A stretch of DNA of 64,000 bases from the NCBI GenBank assembly GCA_964234715.1, contig OZ174283.1. The stretch is one strand, 5' to 3'. Positions 26,043 to 38,100 of this stretch are shown piece by piece. The position numbers were made by a program, and so were the translations under genes. Source of the DNA: Podarcis melisellensis. Its lineage: Eukaryota. How positions within the stretch are numbered: the first letter of the stretch is position 1; every line of letters starts with the position of its first letter. The notes under the pieces were generated by a model. The model was not told the DNA's origin and did not search any database. It saw only the letters and a program-made list of their open reading frames with translations.

Positions 26043-26192
26043 TTATTCCAGTTCAATTTCTCCTGCGTACACCGTGATCAGCAGAATCGCAGCAAACCCT
26101 GTGAGCAACCCAGCATTTTGGATCAGGAAGAAGACTAGATCTGTTTTTCTTCCGGTCACTTTTTCTCTCAGCATGTCATTCATCTCTGGGAA
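26043..26192 (-). CDS. SLC39A8: SLC39A8 coding exon 8 (TM8, stop)
   Basis: tcctctag|TTC acceptor; [52 protein letters not shown]. Confidence 0.97.
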   Translation of the reverse strand, partial: FPEMNDMLREKVTGRKTDLVFFLIQNAGLLTGFAAILLITVYAGEIELE

Positions 26193-29100
26193 CTAGAGGA
26201 GGCAGAAGGAAGGAAGTTTTTAGGTAAGTGTTGCCATCTGGTGGAACAACATGCTACATTAGAATTTGCTTTTTTTTAAATGCATGCATTGATTTATGTT
26301 ACATTACTGTATAAGATTGGGTTGGGTTCTTAAGCTGCTGGAGCGGCAACAATCTGGGTGTTGTGTCCAAGTGATTACTTCACCAAGAAAGGAACACTGG
26401 AAATTGCTTCCTCCTCAGCTGAGCCTCTCTTTGTAAGTTTCAGGGATGGACTCACATACATCTTGTGCAATGCCCATTCACTTAAATGGAGCTTGTGCAA
26501 GAAGGCTTCTCAGTAGTTTAAGTCTATGCAATGCACAGGCAGCAATAAGTCCCTTTCATATGGGTGGGCTAAGCAACAGAGAGGGGCAGACCTGATAGCA
26601 GCTGTAGTTTGCAAGTAGGAAGCACTGCTTCAGGACAATCAACCAGCAGATGCAAACAGATGTTTGCTAATTGGCTAGTAGCACTGTCATGGGCTGCTGC
26701 TGTGGCTGGAGGGGGCAACTAGCCTGCCCAGTGCTGACCCAGGCATCTCCTGTTTCCCTTGCTGTTTCCTGCCCGCAACTGCTAAGAGACCAGATTATTC
26801 CTCTTCAGGATAGCTGTGTGTTCTACTTTAGAGGGCAGCCTTTTGTTCTGAAGGGGTGTAAGTCCTCCATCTATTTGAAAGGCTGTCCAGAAGTTTGGTT
26901 TAAAGCTATGGAAATATTGAAAGTAATGGAGAGGTTGAGGAACCTTGAAGTTCCCAATCAACTGTCAGCACCATCAGATCAGTGGACTGAGCAGACACAC
27001 AGGTCACCTGGGGTATTCCCCACTACAGTGAAAAATTCATCCCTCTGCTGAAGCATAGCAAATGCAGCCATACCTTGGATCCCAAACACCTTGCGAGTTG
27101 AACGTTTTGGCTCCCGAATGCCACAAACCCAGAAGTGAGTGTTCTGGTATGCAGACGTTCTTTGGAACCCAAAGGTCCAACGTGACTTCCGCAGCTTCCG
27201 ATTGGCTACAGGAGCTTCCTGCAGCCAATTGGAAGCCGCGCTTTCGTTTCTGAACATTTTGGAAGTTGAACCGACTTCTGGAATGGATTCTGTTCGACTT
27301 CCAAGGTACCATTGTCCTAGCTTTCCAATCTCTAGACTGCCCTGTGTGGTGAAGATAGCATGGAATAAATATATATCATAAACTATCACAGTCTCTTGGC
27401 AAAGGGTGTGAACAACATTTAAATAAAAATAAAAATGTTGTGTTGTCGATGGCTGTGATGTGCCCTGTATCTAAGGGTGAAGAGTGGATAATAAAAGTCA
27501 GTGTGTTGTAAAGGTTAGAGCACTGGGACTCTGGGAGACCAAGGGTACAAATCTCTACTCAGCCATGAAAATTGCAGGGCAACCTTGGGCGTGTCACTGT
27601 CTCTCAGCCTAACCTACCTCACAGGTTTGTTGTGAGCATAAAATGGGGGAAAGGAGAAGCATGTACACCGCCTTCAGCTCTTTGGAAGAAAAAGTGGCAT
27701 ATAAATGTAGTGAAAAAATAATAATAAAATCAAATATTATAATAAAGTTCAATGCTATCTTACTTTTTCTACAAAATCGGGGGAACTGATTTCTTCCAGA
27801 AGAAAAATGGAGCTGTGAATTCTAGAACTTTAAGACATTTTGCACTAGATTCTGTGATCAAAATAAGTACAGTTTACCAAGACACATCAGCCAGAAATTC
27901 AAACAGAAGAAAAAAAGAACACACTGCACTGAAAAAGCCCACAGAAGCCACTTCTAACCTGACAGGTAAATGCATCTCTACCACTAACTTGCCAGTTTAT
28001 CATTGCAGCACACTCTCCTTGGAAATTAATTCAAAGACACTTCTGCTTCTGCAAAGTGCTGACAAACACAGATCAACAAAATTGCTGTGCTGGCTGCTTA
28101 TCAAAGATGAGGTAGGATGGAGTTCAAAGTTTTCAAAGCCCTCTGAAACTTAAGTAATACAAAAACTAGCTCTCTGGAAACACCTTTCCAATCCCAACAC
28201 AATTTAATTTTCTAGGGTTGGAACCTCAGAAGGAGAAGGAAGCCATTAGTGCTATCATCTCCCACTGCAGCTAAAATTTCTTCCACAAAGCTAATAATAA
28301 GGATGAACTAAGCCACATTCATTGTTCAATAACAATATTTTAAAAATCCCTCTTTAGGAGCATGAGAAGAGGCTTGCTGGGTCAGAGTAAAGGCCCACCA
28401 TGTCCAGCATCATGTCCGCACAGTGGCCAATCATATACACCCATGTGAAGCTCTCAAGCAGGCCAGGCACTCTTTTCTACTTTTGATTTTGGTACTCAGA
28501 GGCATACTGCCTCTACCTTCACAACACAGGGAGTAAAATACAACAACACGGTCCTCCTTGTCAGTAACAGGTCAAAGTAATGGACAGCTATATCCATATC
28601 TAGCTTGAAGAGACCTTGCAAACCAGGGAAGAGTGGGTGGGTTGCTCATCTATTGCCCGAACTATCAGGGTCCATCCAGAATAATGGAGCCGGGAGACAC
28701 CAAGTCCCAATTCAGACAGATTCACAACCATGAATTTATTCAGCAACCTTGGAGCCAAGCTAGATGTTCCCTTGAGACAGCTACATATCTTGTTTTTCCT
28801 AAAATAATTACAGGCACAAGGACTCCAGTTCTTAAAAGGAAGGCAGTGAACAAGAGGGTGGACTTAATCCTTCTCTTGCATGCCACAGCTGGGAAAGGGG
28901 GCAGGCCAAGGGATTAAAAAATCATTAAAAATCAATATGACAGACCATGGACCACCTAGATGAAGCTCACAGACCACTGATGGTCCATGATCTGCAGTTT
29001 GGGAACCCCCACTTTATATGTTTTTAATGTAACATTTGTTTTTCTTATTGGTGACCTTAAATCAGCTGACCATTGTTTTCCCTAGAGACTTGTGGCTAAT

Positions 29101-32100
29101 CTAGTCCTTGGTGAAAACAAGGCCTGTTGGTACATGAGTAGCACCTGTCTGCATCACCCACATTCCCTTTGGGTCTATTCTCAACCCCAAACAGCTTCTT
29201 GGAGGGCTTCTGAACATTGTAGCTATGACTCACCCACTTCAGCTGGCTTTAAGGCTCAAAAGCACTCTCAGCTCTGAATGCTGACCCTTCCTAGGAGGGG
29301 TCAACAGTTAACGTTCGCTTGAGATCAATCAAGCACCTCCTTCAGCATCCTTGAGATTCAAAGTCTTTTCTCTCCCACCCCCTTGAGATGCAAAGTCTTG
29401 CATAGGCATATCCACTTTGATCAATCAACACACAATGATCATTGTCCAATGAAGAGATAACTGTAAACAAAGCTTTGTTCTCAGTATACTACTGGAAATA
29501 ACCATTTCAGGATTCCCCATGTTCTGTTAACAGTACAGTCCTATGCATGTTTACTCAGAAGCAAGCTACACTGGATTCAGTGGGGTCAATTCCAGTGTAA
29601 GTGTGCATAGGGTTGCAATCTTAAATTGTGTGTTGATTGGCTTCCTTAGGGAATCTGAGGAAATATGCCCAGTGGCCATCAGGTCATCCCTTGATGTTTT
29701 CACTGTACATGACAGAATCATTGTTTTTACTCAGGCTGCAGCTTTTCAGGGCATTTTTCCCTCTGAAGGAAAAGCCAAGTTGGTTGGTAACCCCTATTCC
29801 ACAAGCAGACATCAGCTGGAACCACAGTGAGTCTTAGGCCCCATCAGCACAATATATTTAAAGCAGTATTTATACCACTTTAAACTGCCATTGCTTCCCC
29901 AATGAATCATGGAAACTGTAGATTGTTACGGGTGCTGAAAATTGTTAGGAGACCCTGTATTCCCCACACAGAGCCAGAATTCCCAGAGCTCACTGCAAAA
30001 GGGAATTGATTTTATGTGACTCTGGGAATTGTAGCTCTGTGAAGGGAATAGTGATCTCCTAACAACTCACAGCACCCTTAACAAACAGGATTGCAGGAAA
30101 GGGGAGCAATAGGGGTGTAATATTGCTTGAAATAGAGATATATTTAAACATCCCCAGAATCGATAGACATTGCAGATGTTTTCTGAATGTGCTGGACACA
30201 GTAGAATATATTATTTTCTACTGTCTATTGTACAACCAGCTACACAAAGGCATGCTATTCCCCCTTTTTGGATAGTCTAACATCACAGCACAATGAAAAT
30301 ATCAGATTCTATCTGTCTGACATTAACTGCAAGGGTGGCTGAGTTTCTATCGATAGTATCTTTCAGAGTGGTGAATGGCACTATTTAGCAGGAAAAAAAC
30401 TCCAATGAAAATCCTCGTTATTACATATTTTTACATGGCTGTTTATTTGTATATAGTTTAATTTTTTACTTATGGATGTTTTATGATGGCCTATTATATT
30501 TGTAATGCCTAATAAAGGTTTGGCGAAGTAAGTAAGAAATATAGAGTACAGACTGGGCCTTACTTCAATACTGGTGGTGGGAAAGCATGTTCCATTGCTC
30601 CTGAAGGTGACATGCTAGCTCAGAGGGCATAGGCCAGTCCATCACTTTGCAGGAGCAAAATGGCCAGTTGGTTCAAGAGGATTTGAGGGGCGGGATCCTG
30701 CCACCCCCCTCCAGCACCTGCTGCCCGAGGCAGTTGACTCCCTCTGCCTAGTGGTAGGGCAAGCCCTGGGTGCTTTCAGGGATGATGGCTGAAGCACTTT
30801 GTCATTCAGCCCCCAGATGAGTCTTTCTTCAAAGAACCTGCCTACTAGTGAAGGGAAGGAGAGCACCCTTCGCTTGAACACCAATTCCCACTACATGTGG
30901 TCAGTTGCTATTGCATGATGGCAGCCACCATGTGAAACAATTCAAACTTAACTTGTTTAAACTGAGTTTAATACTGTCTTTTTAAATGTTGTAACCCGCC
31001 CTGGGACCTTGTGGTGGATAAGAAATCGAATTAATAAGAACAACATGCTTCTACTTGGCACTCTTGACACATCATCTAGTCCAGGGTTCTTCAACATTGG
31101 GTTCCTTGTTCCCATCATCCCTGATCATAGGCTAATGTGGTTAGGGATTATGGGAGTTGTAGTTGAGCAACAGCTACAGACTCAAGGTTGCATAACACTG
31201 ACTAGTCCTTCCACACATGATGTAGCTATTAAGGCTGTAGAACTAAGGTAATAAAATGCTAGACTGTACCATTCCAGAATGCAGGTGGGAGGTAATATTA
31301 AATATAAAAAGCTTCCTACCTATAGAAACACAGGAGAACTCTGCTAAAGTTTTCTCAAAGATGCACATAATTTTCTCTATGTAGAAACAAAAAAAATTCA
31401 TTCCAGTAGCACCTTAAAGACCAACTAAGTCAGTTCTTGGTATGAGCTTTCGTGTGCATGCACACTTCTTCAGATACCTGAATACTCGTATCTGAAGAAG
31501 TGTGCATGCACACGAAAGCTCATACCAAGAACTGACTTAGTTGGTCTTTAAGGTGCTAGTGGAAGGAATTTTTTTTTGTTTTGACTATGGCAGACCAACA
31601 CGGCTACCTATCTGTAACTGGAACAATGGAAGGCACCACATTGAGCCGCATGAAATGGAAGTCCAGGTATCTGAAGAAGTGTGCATGCACACGAAAGCTC
31701 ATACTAAGAACTGACTTAGTTGGTCTTTAAGGTGCTACTGGAAGGAATTTTTTTTGTTTTGACTATGGCAGACCAACACGGCTACCTATCTGTAACTGGA
31801 TCTATGTAGAAAGTTTGTTTTCTATGGGGGACTATTCAGAAATATGAGTCCTCCTGCTTGCATTCTGAATCCTACCACTTCGCCCTGCTTAAACTGTAAA
31901 TCAGCTTGTAATGAGCAAGTGAGAGATGGAAGAGAGAAGCAAGAGTTCTAACAAATCCTACCTGTTTCTAGACAGAGAGGAACAGGGTAGAATTCAGCAG
32001 AAAAGCAGGAGTCTGTACTGAGCATTCACACACATCATTTACATTTTGTTCAGACACAACATTAACGGTTCCGGTCTAGACACCTACAGACAGAGAGATT

Positions 32101-35100
32101 AGAAAGGTAGACAGAGAAACCTATCACCTATTGGCTTTAAAACAAGGGTGTAAACATGGTAATACTGAAAAGAGTCAGAGAGATAGACAGCAATGGTAGT
32201 TTCCTAGCTGGCCCTTTGCCCTTAGCAGAGAGAAGAGGTTCCAATCACAGAATCACAGAACTGTAGAGTTGCAAGGGACCCCAATGGTCATCTAGCACAA
32301 CCCCTTGCAATGCAGAAATAGAAACCAACAGAGCTATATTCCTCTTTTATGCAGAAAGATGCCTATCCAAAGGAAGGAAGAGCAAACACTGGACTCTCTG
32401 AATGCACAGTGACCTTTGTACTGGGTTTGTTCATATGTCTCTATAATTTGGAGGCAAAAACAACTCTCAAAAAATAAGTCCTCTCCATCCTAGTCACTGC
32501 TTTCTCCACTCATCCTTTCCCATTACTGATCTTCTGTTTTGTTCTGGCAACGTTGCACATGTGACTCTTGTTGCAACAATAAAGGTCAGGTCTTCTGACT
32601 GCCGTTTAGCTATCTGGCTTCTTAGCCGAATATAAGAATTGTGGTTCCATGAGGATAAATGGTCTGATTCATACATACGCGTAGTATTCATACAATATAG
32701 TAGCAGCTCACCATATCTGCCAGGGAAATGTATAGGAACATGCCTCCAGCGATTGCAAAGATAATGTTTGGAGCAAAGTTGTTGCCCACTACTATACCGA
32801 AAGCTAGTCCAACATAGCAGGAGCATGCTGATATGAAATTGAAAAACAAGGCCTGCCGAGTGCTCATTCCTGCATTAAGAAGGATGACAAAATCCCCTGG
32901 AAAAAGAAAAGCAGGGAAATGGTCAACAAGCAATATTATCATTATTGTTATACATTCCACACACACACACCCCACTCCCAACAAGAGAATTAAAAAGACA
33001 TGGGTAGTGCGTATGAAAATTATAGTGACACCATCATTTCATTTTTCCATTTCAGTACGGCAGAACACTTGTTGCTTGTCTCTTGTTTGATGAGAACTCT
33101 CTTAATGCATTCATCTAACAGCTAGCTGAGTTAATGGAAAACATCTTACCCAGTTCGTGAGGAAACTCTTCACATAAGATTGCTATAGATGTGCTAATTC
33201 CTTGAAGTAGGGAAAGGGTGAAAGAAGCACCGATGGCTAGCCCATCAATGAAGTTATGCAAAGCATCGCTCAGCGTGATCATCCAAGCAATTGTGCCAAT
33301 CTCTGACAGTGCAGGTCCCCTGAAACATTTACACGAGTTGCTTTCGGTTTCTTCCTTCTGTAGATGACAAAATTACAGAAAAATGAAACAAAGTCCTTTC
33401 TCTCCACAGAGAGCAAATATTACATAGGAAGCTGTAGCCCTGTTGAATTACAGTTTTGCCTAAAAGGCCTAAGATTGCAATCCCAACTTCACTTAAAGGT
33501 AAAGGTAAAGGGACCCCTGTCCATTAGGTCCAGTCGTGGCTGACTCTGGGGTTGTGGCGCTCATATGGCCAGCATGACTAAGCCGCTTCTGGCAAACCAG
33601 AGCAGCGCACGGAAACGCCGTTTACCTTCCCGCCAGAGCAGTACCTATTTATCTACTTGTACTTTGACCTGCTTTCGAACTACTAGGTTGGCAGGAACAG
33701 GGACCGAGCAACAGGAGCTCACCCCATCGCGGGGATTCGAACCGTCGACTTTTTGATCAGCAAGTCCTAGGCTCTGTGGTTTAACCCACAGTGCCACCTG
33801 TGTCCCTCAACTTCACTTACCTGGGGTAAAACCCAATTAAATCCAATAGGACTTACTTTCAAGTGGACATGGTTAAGATTGCAACCCAAGTCACTATAAG
33901 TCAGATCATGGCTACTTTTTTGTTTTTTGCAGTCTCCATACAGTGGCATTCAAATGGAAGTGGTTTCTCCAAAGGAGGTCAACATATGATGGACTCTGAT
34001 GCTGCCCTCATGTTTCCAAGGATGCAAAAACATTATTTGTACGATGTGGCTGCTGTAAGAATCCACAACATCTTAGATCCCTTCAGGTGACCTAGTTTCT
34101 CATGAATTTTATGGCATGTCTATTTTGTTTGCTTATTTTTTTAAAAAAAAATTACCCACCCTTCATTCCAAGTAGCCCAAGAATGGGGTACAAAAACACA
34201 GCTTTAAAACCAACAGTAACACCCATTGCCACTATAAAATGGGAGCAAATAAAAATCAATAAGCGGCAGCCGGTACAGAGATGTACTATTTCAAGACTAG
34301 GTCTGAAAACTCAAACATTACCAATGCCTAAGTGCAAATCCACACCCCACTTTGAGTAAAAAATGGAGGATGCTTGAATGGGTCTAAAAGAGGATTAGAC
34401 AAATTCATGGAGGATTAGCTTCAGTCGGTACAGCACGAGTCTCTTAATCTCAGGGCTGTGGGTTCAAGCCTCATGTTGGGCAAAAGATTCCTGCATTGCA
34501 GGGGGTTGGACTAGATGACCCGAGTAGTCCATTCGAACTCTACAATTCTATTATCCTATAAGGCTATTGTCAGGGAACTGACATCAGAGCGAGAGGCGGA
34601 GGCAGGGCTCCAGAGCGATGCCAGAGAGGGGACCAGCAGGGGGGAAGGAATTCAGCGCAACACCAGTAGAGAAGGGAGGGAGATGGAGGAATTGGAGACG
34701 GGTCTCCAAGACCCTGCATCAGAGACCAGTGGAGAGAGCGCTGGCACACCCCTGCCTTCCCCTTACTTGCGCAGACGAGTTCCGCGCAGGGAAAATAGGA
34801 GGAGACTTGGGGTCAAACAGCTCTTATGCTGGAAAAGGTTCAAGAAACGCCCACTGACAGATTCTGCAAGCGACTGACCGGCCACGGAGTGTGGGCTGGC
34901 AGCCAAGGCATGGTGAACCAGGCAATCGAACACCACTAGCAGGCAACTTACGCACAAGTAACCCCTTACAACCATTACAGCTATCAACAGGAATAACCCT
35001 GATGGCTATGGTCTACCTCCACTGTTGGGAGCCAGTATGCTTCTGAATACCACAGGAGCTTAGAGTGCTGTGGCATTCAGGTCCTGCTTGTGGGCTTCTC

Positions 35101-38100
35101 ATCGGCATCTGGTTACCAACTATGAGAACAGGATGCCAGACAAAAAGACCCACTACCCTGATCCATCTGGGCTATTATGTTCTTAAAGTCCAGAATAAAA
35201 TGGGGGAAAGTTAAATCCACCCTGTTAAAGTATCTGGTTTGAGCAGACATATTCTTTTTTCTTTCTTTCTTCCACATCAATGTAATATTTTCTCCTGATT
35301 ACAAAGAATACCATCATATTAGAAAGGGAAGCAAATCATCACAAGGAACATTGCAGCGGCAAAAATGTCACCAAGTTTACAGCCTCTGTAAATGAGAAAG
35401 CAAAATGAATGATAACTTAGCATAGGGAAGTCTCCCAGTTGCCTCATTCTTTTCTCTGGCATTACAAGTTTGATTATGCAGGATCTCTCTTCAAAAGCTG
35501 AAGTCACAGAATCACCAGCTAAGTCATCATTGCTCCAGTAAAAAGTGCCTTGGTTGAGCGGTGATACAATGATCATAAAGCACTGTTTGCAGCCGCGGCA
35601 GGAATGCCGCGAAAGTGAGAGTGATGCTTATATGAAGCAGTAATAAAAACTGATCGATGCACCACATCAGCTTCCTACACAAGCATCACATCCAAATGCG
35701 TCAGAGGTAAAGACAGAAACATGCATTTTGCACGTATTTGAATGATTCCAGAAGTGTTTCTGCAGACTGAATTGTTCTATTGCACCCTTGAATTAGGAGA
35801 CAATCCTAAAGGAGAGAGCATAATGCCAATGCCATTGGGGAAAGAACTGCCTTCTATAATCATGTGGAATAAAATATCATTAAGGCCTGCTTTGCTGGTA
35901 TCAAAGAGAGTAAATAACCTTGCTTTGAAAACAAGCTTCATGTAGGATAGGGGCGGGGAACCTGTGCCCCTCCAGACATTGGACCACAGCCCCTATCATT
36001 CCTGAATATTGGCCATGCTGGCCTAGGCTCATGGGAGTTGTAGTTGTTAAGTTGTGGGCGAACATATCAGACGACACAGCAATTCTTCGAAAGCAGCTCT
36101 TTCTTTGTAAGCTGGAACAGAACTGAACTGAGGAGCTCAGTTCAGTTATATAGAGCTACACTAGAATGCAACAGTAACCATTTTCTGTAACTAGCCAATC
36201 ACTGAACGTCACTTTCAATCCTTCATTTGCATACAAACTATCCAATCAATGAACATCACTTTCGATCCTTCATTTGCATAACTATCTACAGTATCCCCCT
36301 GTGCTGGCCCATGGTGAGAACTTCAGTACATAACAGTAGTCCACAACATCTGGAGAGCCACAAGTCTGCCCCCCTGATCAGGAGGCTGGAGCTTCTGTGC
36401 TTTTAGTAACTGTTCCTTTCCTCACTCCCAAGTTACTTTCCAAAGGGATTGCAAAACCACCTGCTTTGCAAAGGCAAGCTGTTTGAATGGCAGTGACATT
36501 TCCAGAGAAGCAGGACATCTGACAGCATGAGAGCTCAGTGGGAGGGTAAGGGAGAGCGGCCAATTTTCTCTTCAAAGTGACTTTATAAAACGTCACACAC
36601 TTGATGTCCCATTTGTGAGTTACAAAATTCAGTTCCTTTCCAGGGCCCTTTTCGAACTCTCAAGTAACCACAGCACAGGATTCCTGTCAGTATGAGCTAC
36701 AACACAAAGCCTCTTTTACGGACTAGTAACAGAAAGCTCCTTAACAGTAAAGATTTGAGGTGAGGTGGGTACATCATTGTCCTTTTTTTAACCTCAACTC
36801 TGACTAAGAACTTCATGTAAACATTACAGGAGGTTTCAAGGGGTGATGTTAAAACATTGGAGTGAATGTGAGTCTAATTAATGCATTAAAAAGGTAAAGG
36901 GACCCCTGACCATTAGGTCCAATCGTGACTGACTCTGGGGGTGCGGCACTCATCTCGCTTTATTGGCCGAGGGAGCTGGCGTACAGCTTCCGGGTCATGT
37001 GGCCAGCATGACTAAGCCGTTTCTGGCAAACCAGAGCAGCGCACGGAAATGCCGTTTACCTTCCTGCTGGAGTGGTACCTATTTTATCTACTTGCACTTG
37101 ACATGCTTTTGAACTGCTAGGTTGGCAGGAGCTGGGACCAAGCAACGGGAGCTCACCCTGTCGTGGGGATTCGAACTGCCGACCTTCTGATCAGCAAGTC
37201 CTAGGCTCTGTGGTTTAACCCACAGCGCCACCCACATCCGAATTAAGGCATTGCTGGCAACCAAATCAATTAAGATATTGATGGGGATCTGAACAAATAA
37301 GGGAGGGAGAAGAGGTGCCCATGTTCCCTAAAGATAATAACGAATGTTGAAGTATCAAGATCAGCGAGGAAATCTCAAACTAGGAGCTCTAAAGCCAATG
37401 CATTGGTGTCCTTGTAGTAAGCTATTGGAATATAGGAATCCGCCTTATACCAATTCAGATCATTAGTCTATCTAGCTCAGTAACAGATACACTGACTGGC
37501 AGCAGCTCTTTGGGTTTCAGACAAGGAGTTTTCTTAACCCTAACTGGAGATGCAGGGATTGAACCTGGGACCTTCGGCATGCAAAGCAGATGTTCACCAC
37601 TGAGCTGTGGGCTTTCCCCAAGAATGATACTGTTCCTCCATGTCCCTGCACAAATGAAGCCGCTATGCAGTGCATTAATTTCTCCAGTTGTAGCCTGGAT
37701 CTGGCCTTGCCTATGCACTCCCCTCTCTGTATATATCAGACTATTTTCTTCCTTGCTTGCTTGCCAGCCTCCTTACCCACCTGCTATTTCCCTGTGTCCT
37801 TGGACAAGTCTACACATGCAGTAGCACGAGAGGGGTACACTGGACTGTACCACTTCAGATTGCAAGTGCCAGGTCTACCATATTGGCCCGAATATAAGCC
37901 GCACCCACAAATAAGCCACACCTTTAAAATTCGGGGGGGGGGGAGAGAATACCTGAATATAAGCCGCTCCCTTAAAATTGGGTTACAGGCTGAATATCAC
38001 TGCGGTTGGTAGAATTGTAACTCCGAGCCAATTTAAGCCTTTGATCTTGCAAGCCCGCAGGTAAATAGTAAATAATAATAAAGAAATATAAATAAACAGT

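Noticed and set aside
25771-26196. 141-aa plus-strand ORF (also 32833-33090 and 40659-40934)
   Set aside because: Antisense shadows of SLC39A8 exons.
31440-31800. CRISPR-like repeat-spacer appearance
   Set aside because: Eukaryotic intron; the repeats are 135-bp pseudo-LTR units with a TSD, with no regular spacers or cas genes.
34415-34490. tRNA-Lys gene (also 56515-56582)
   Set aside because: Degenerate stems fused to a CR1-type tail, so these are SINE heads and not functional tRNAs.
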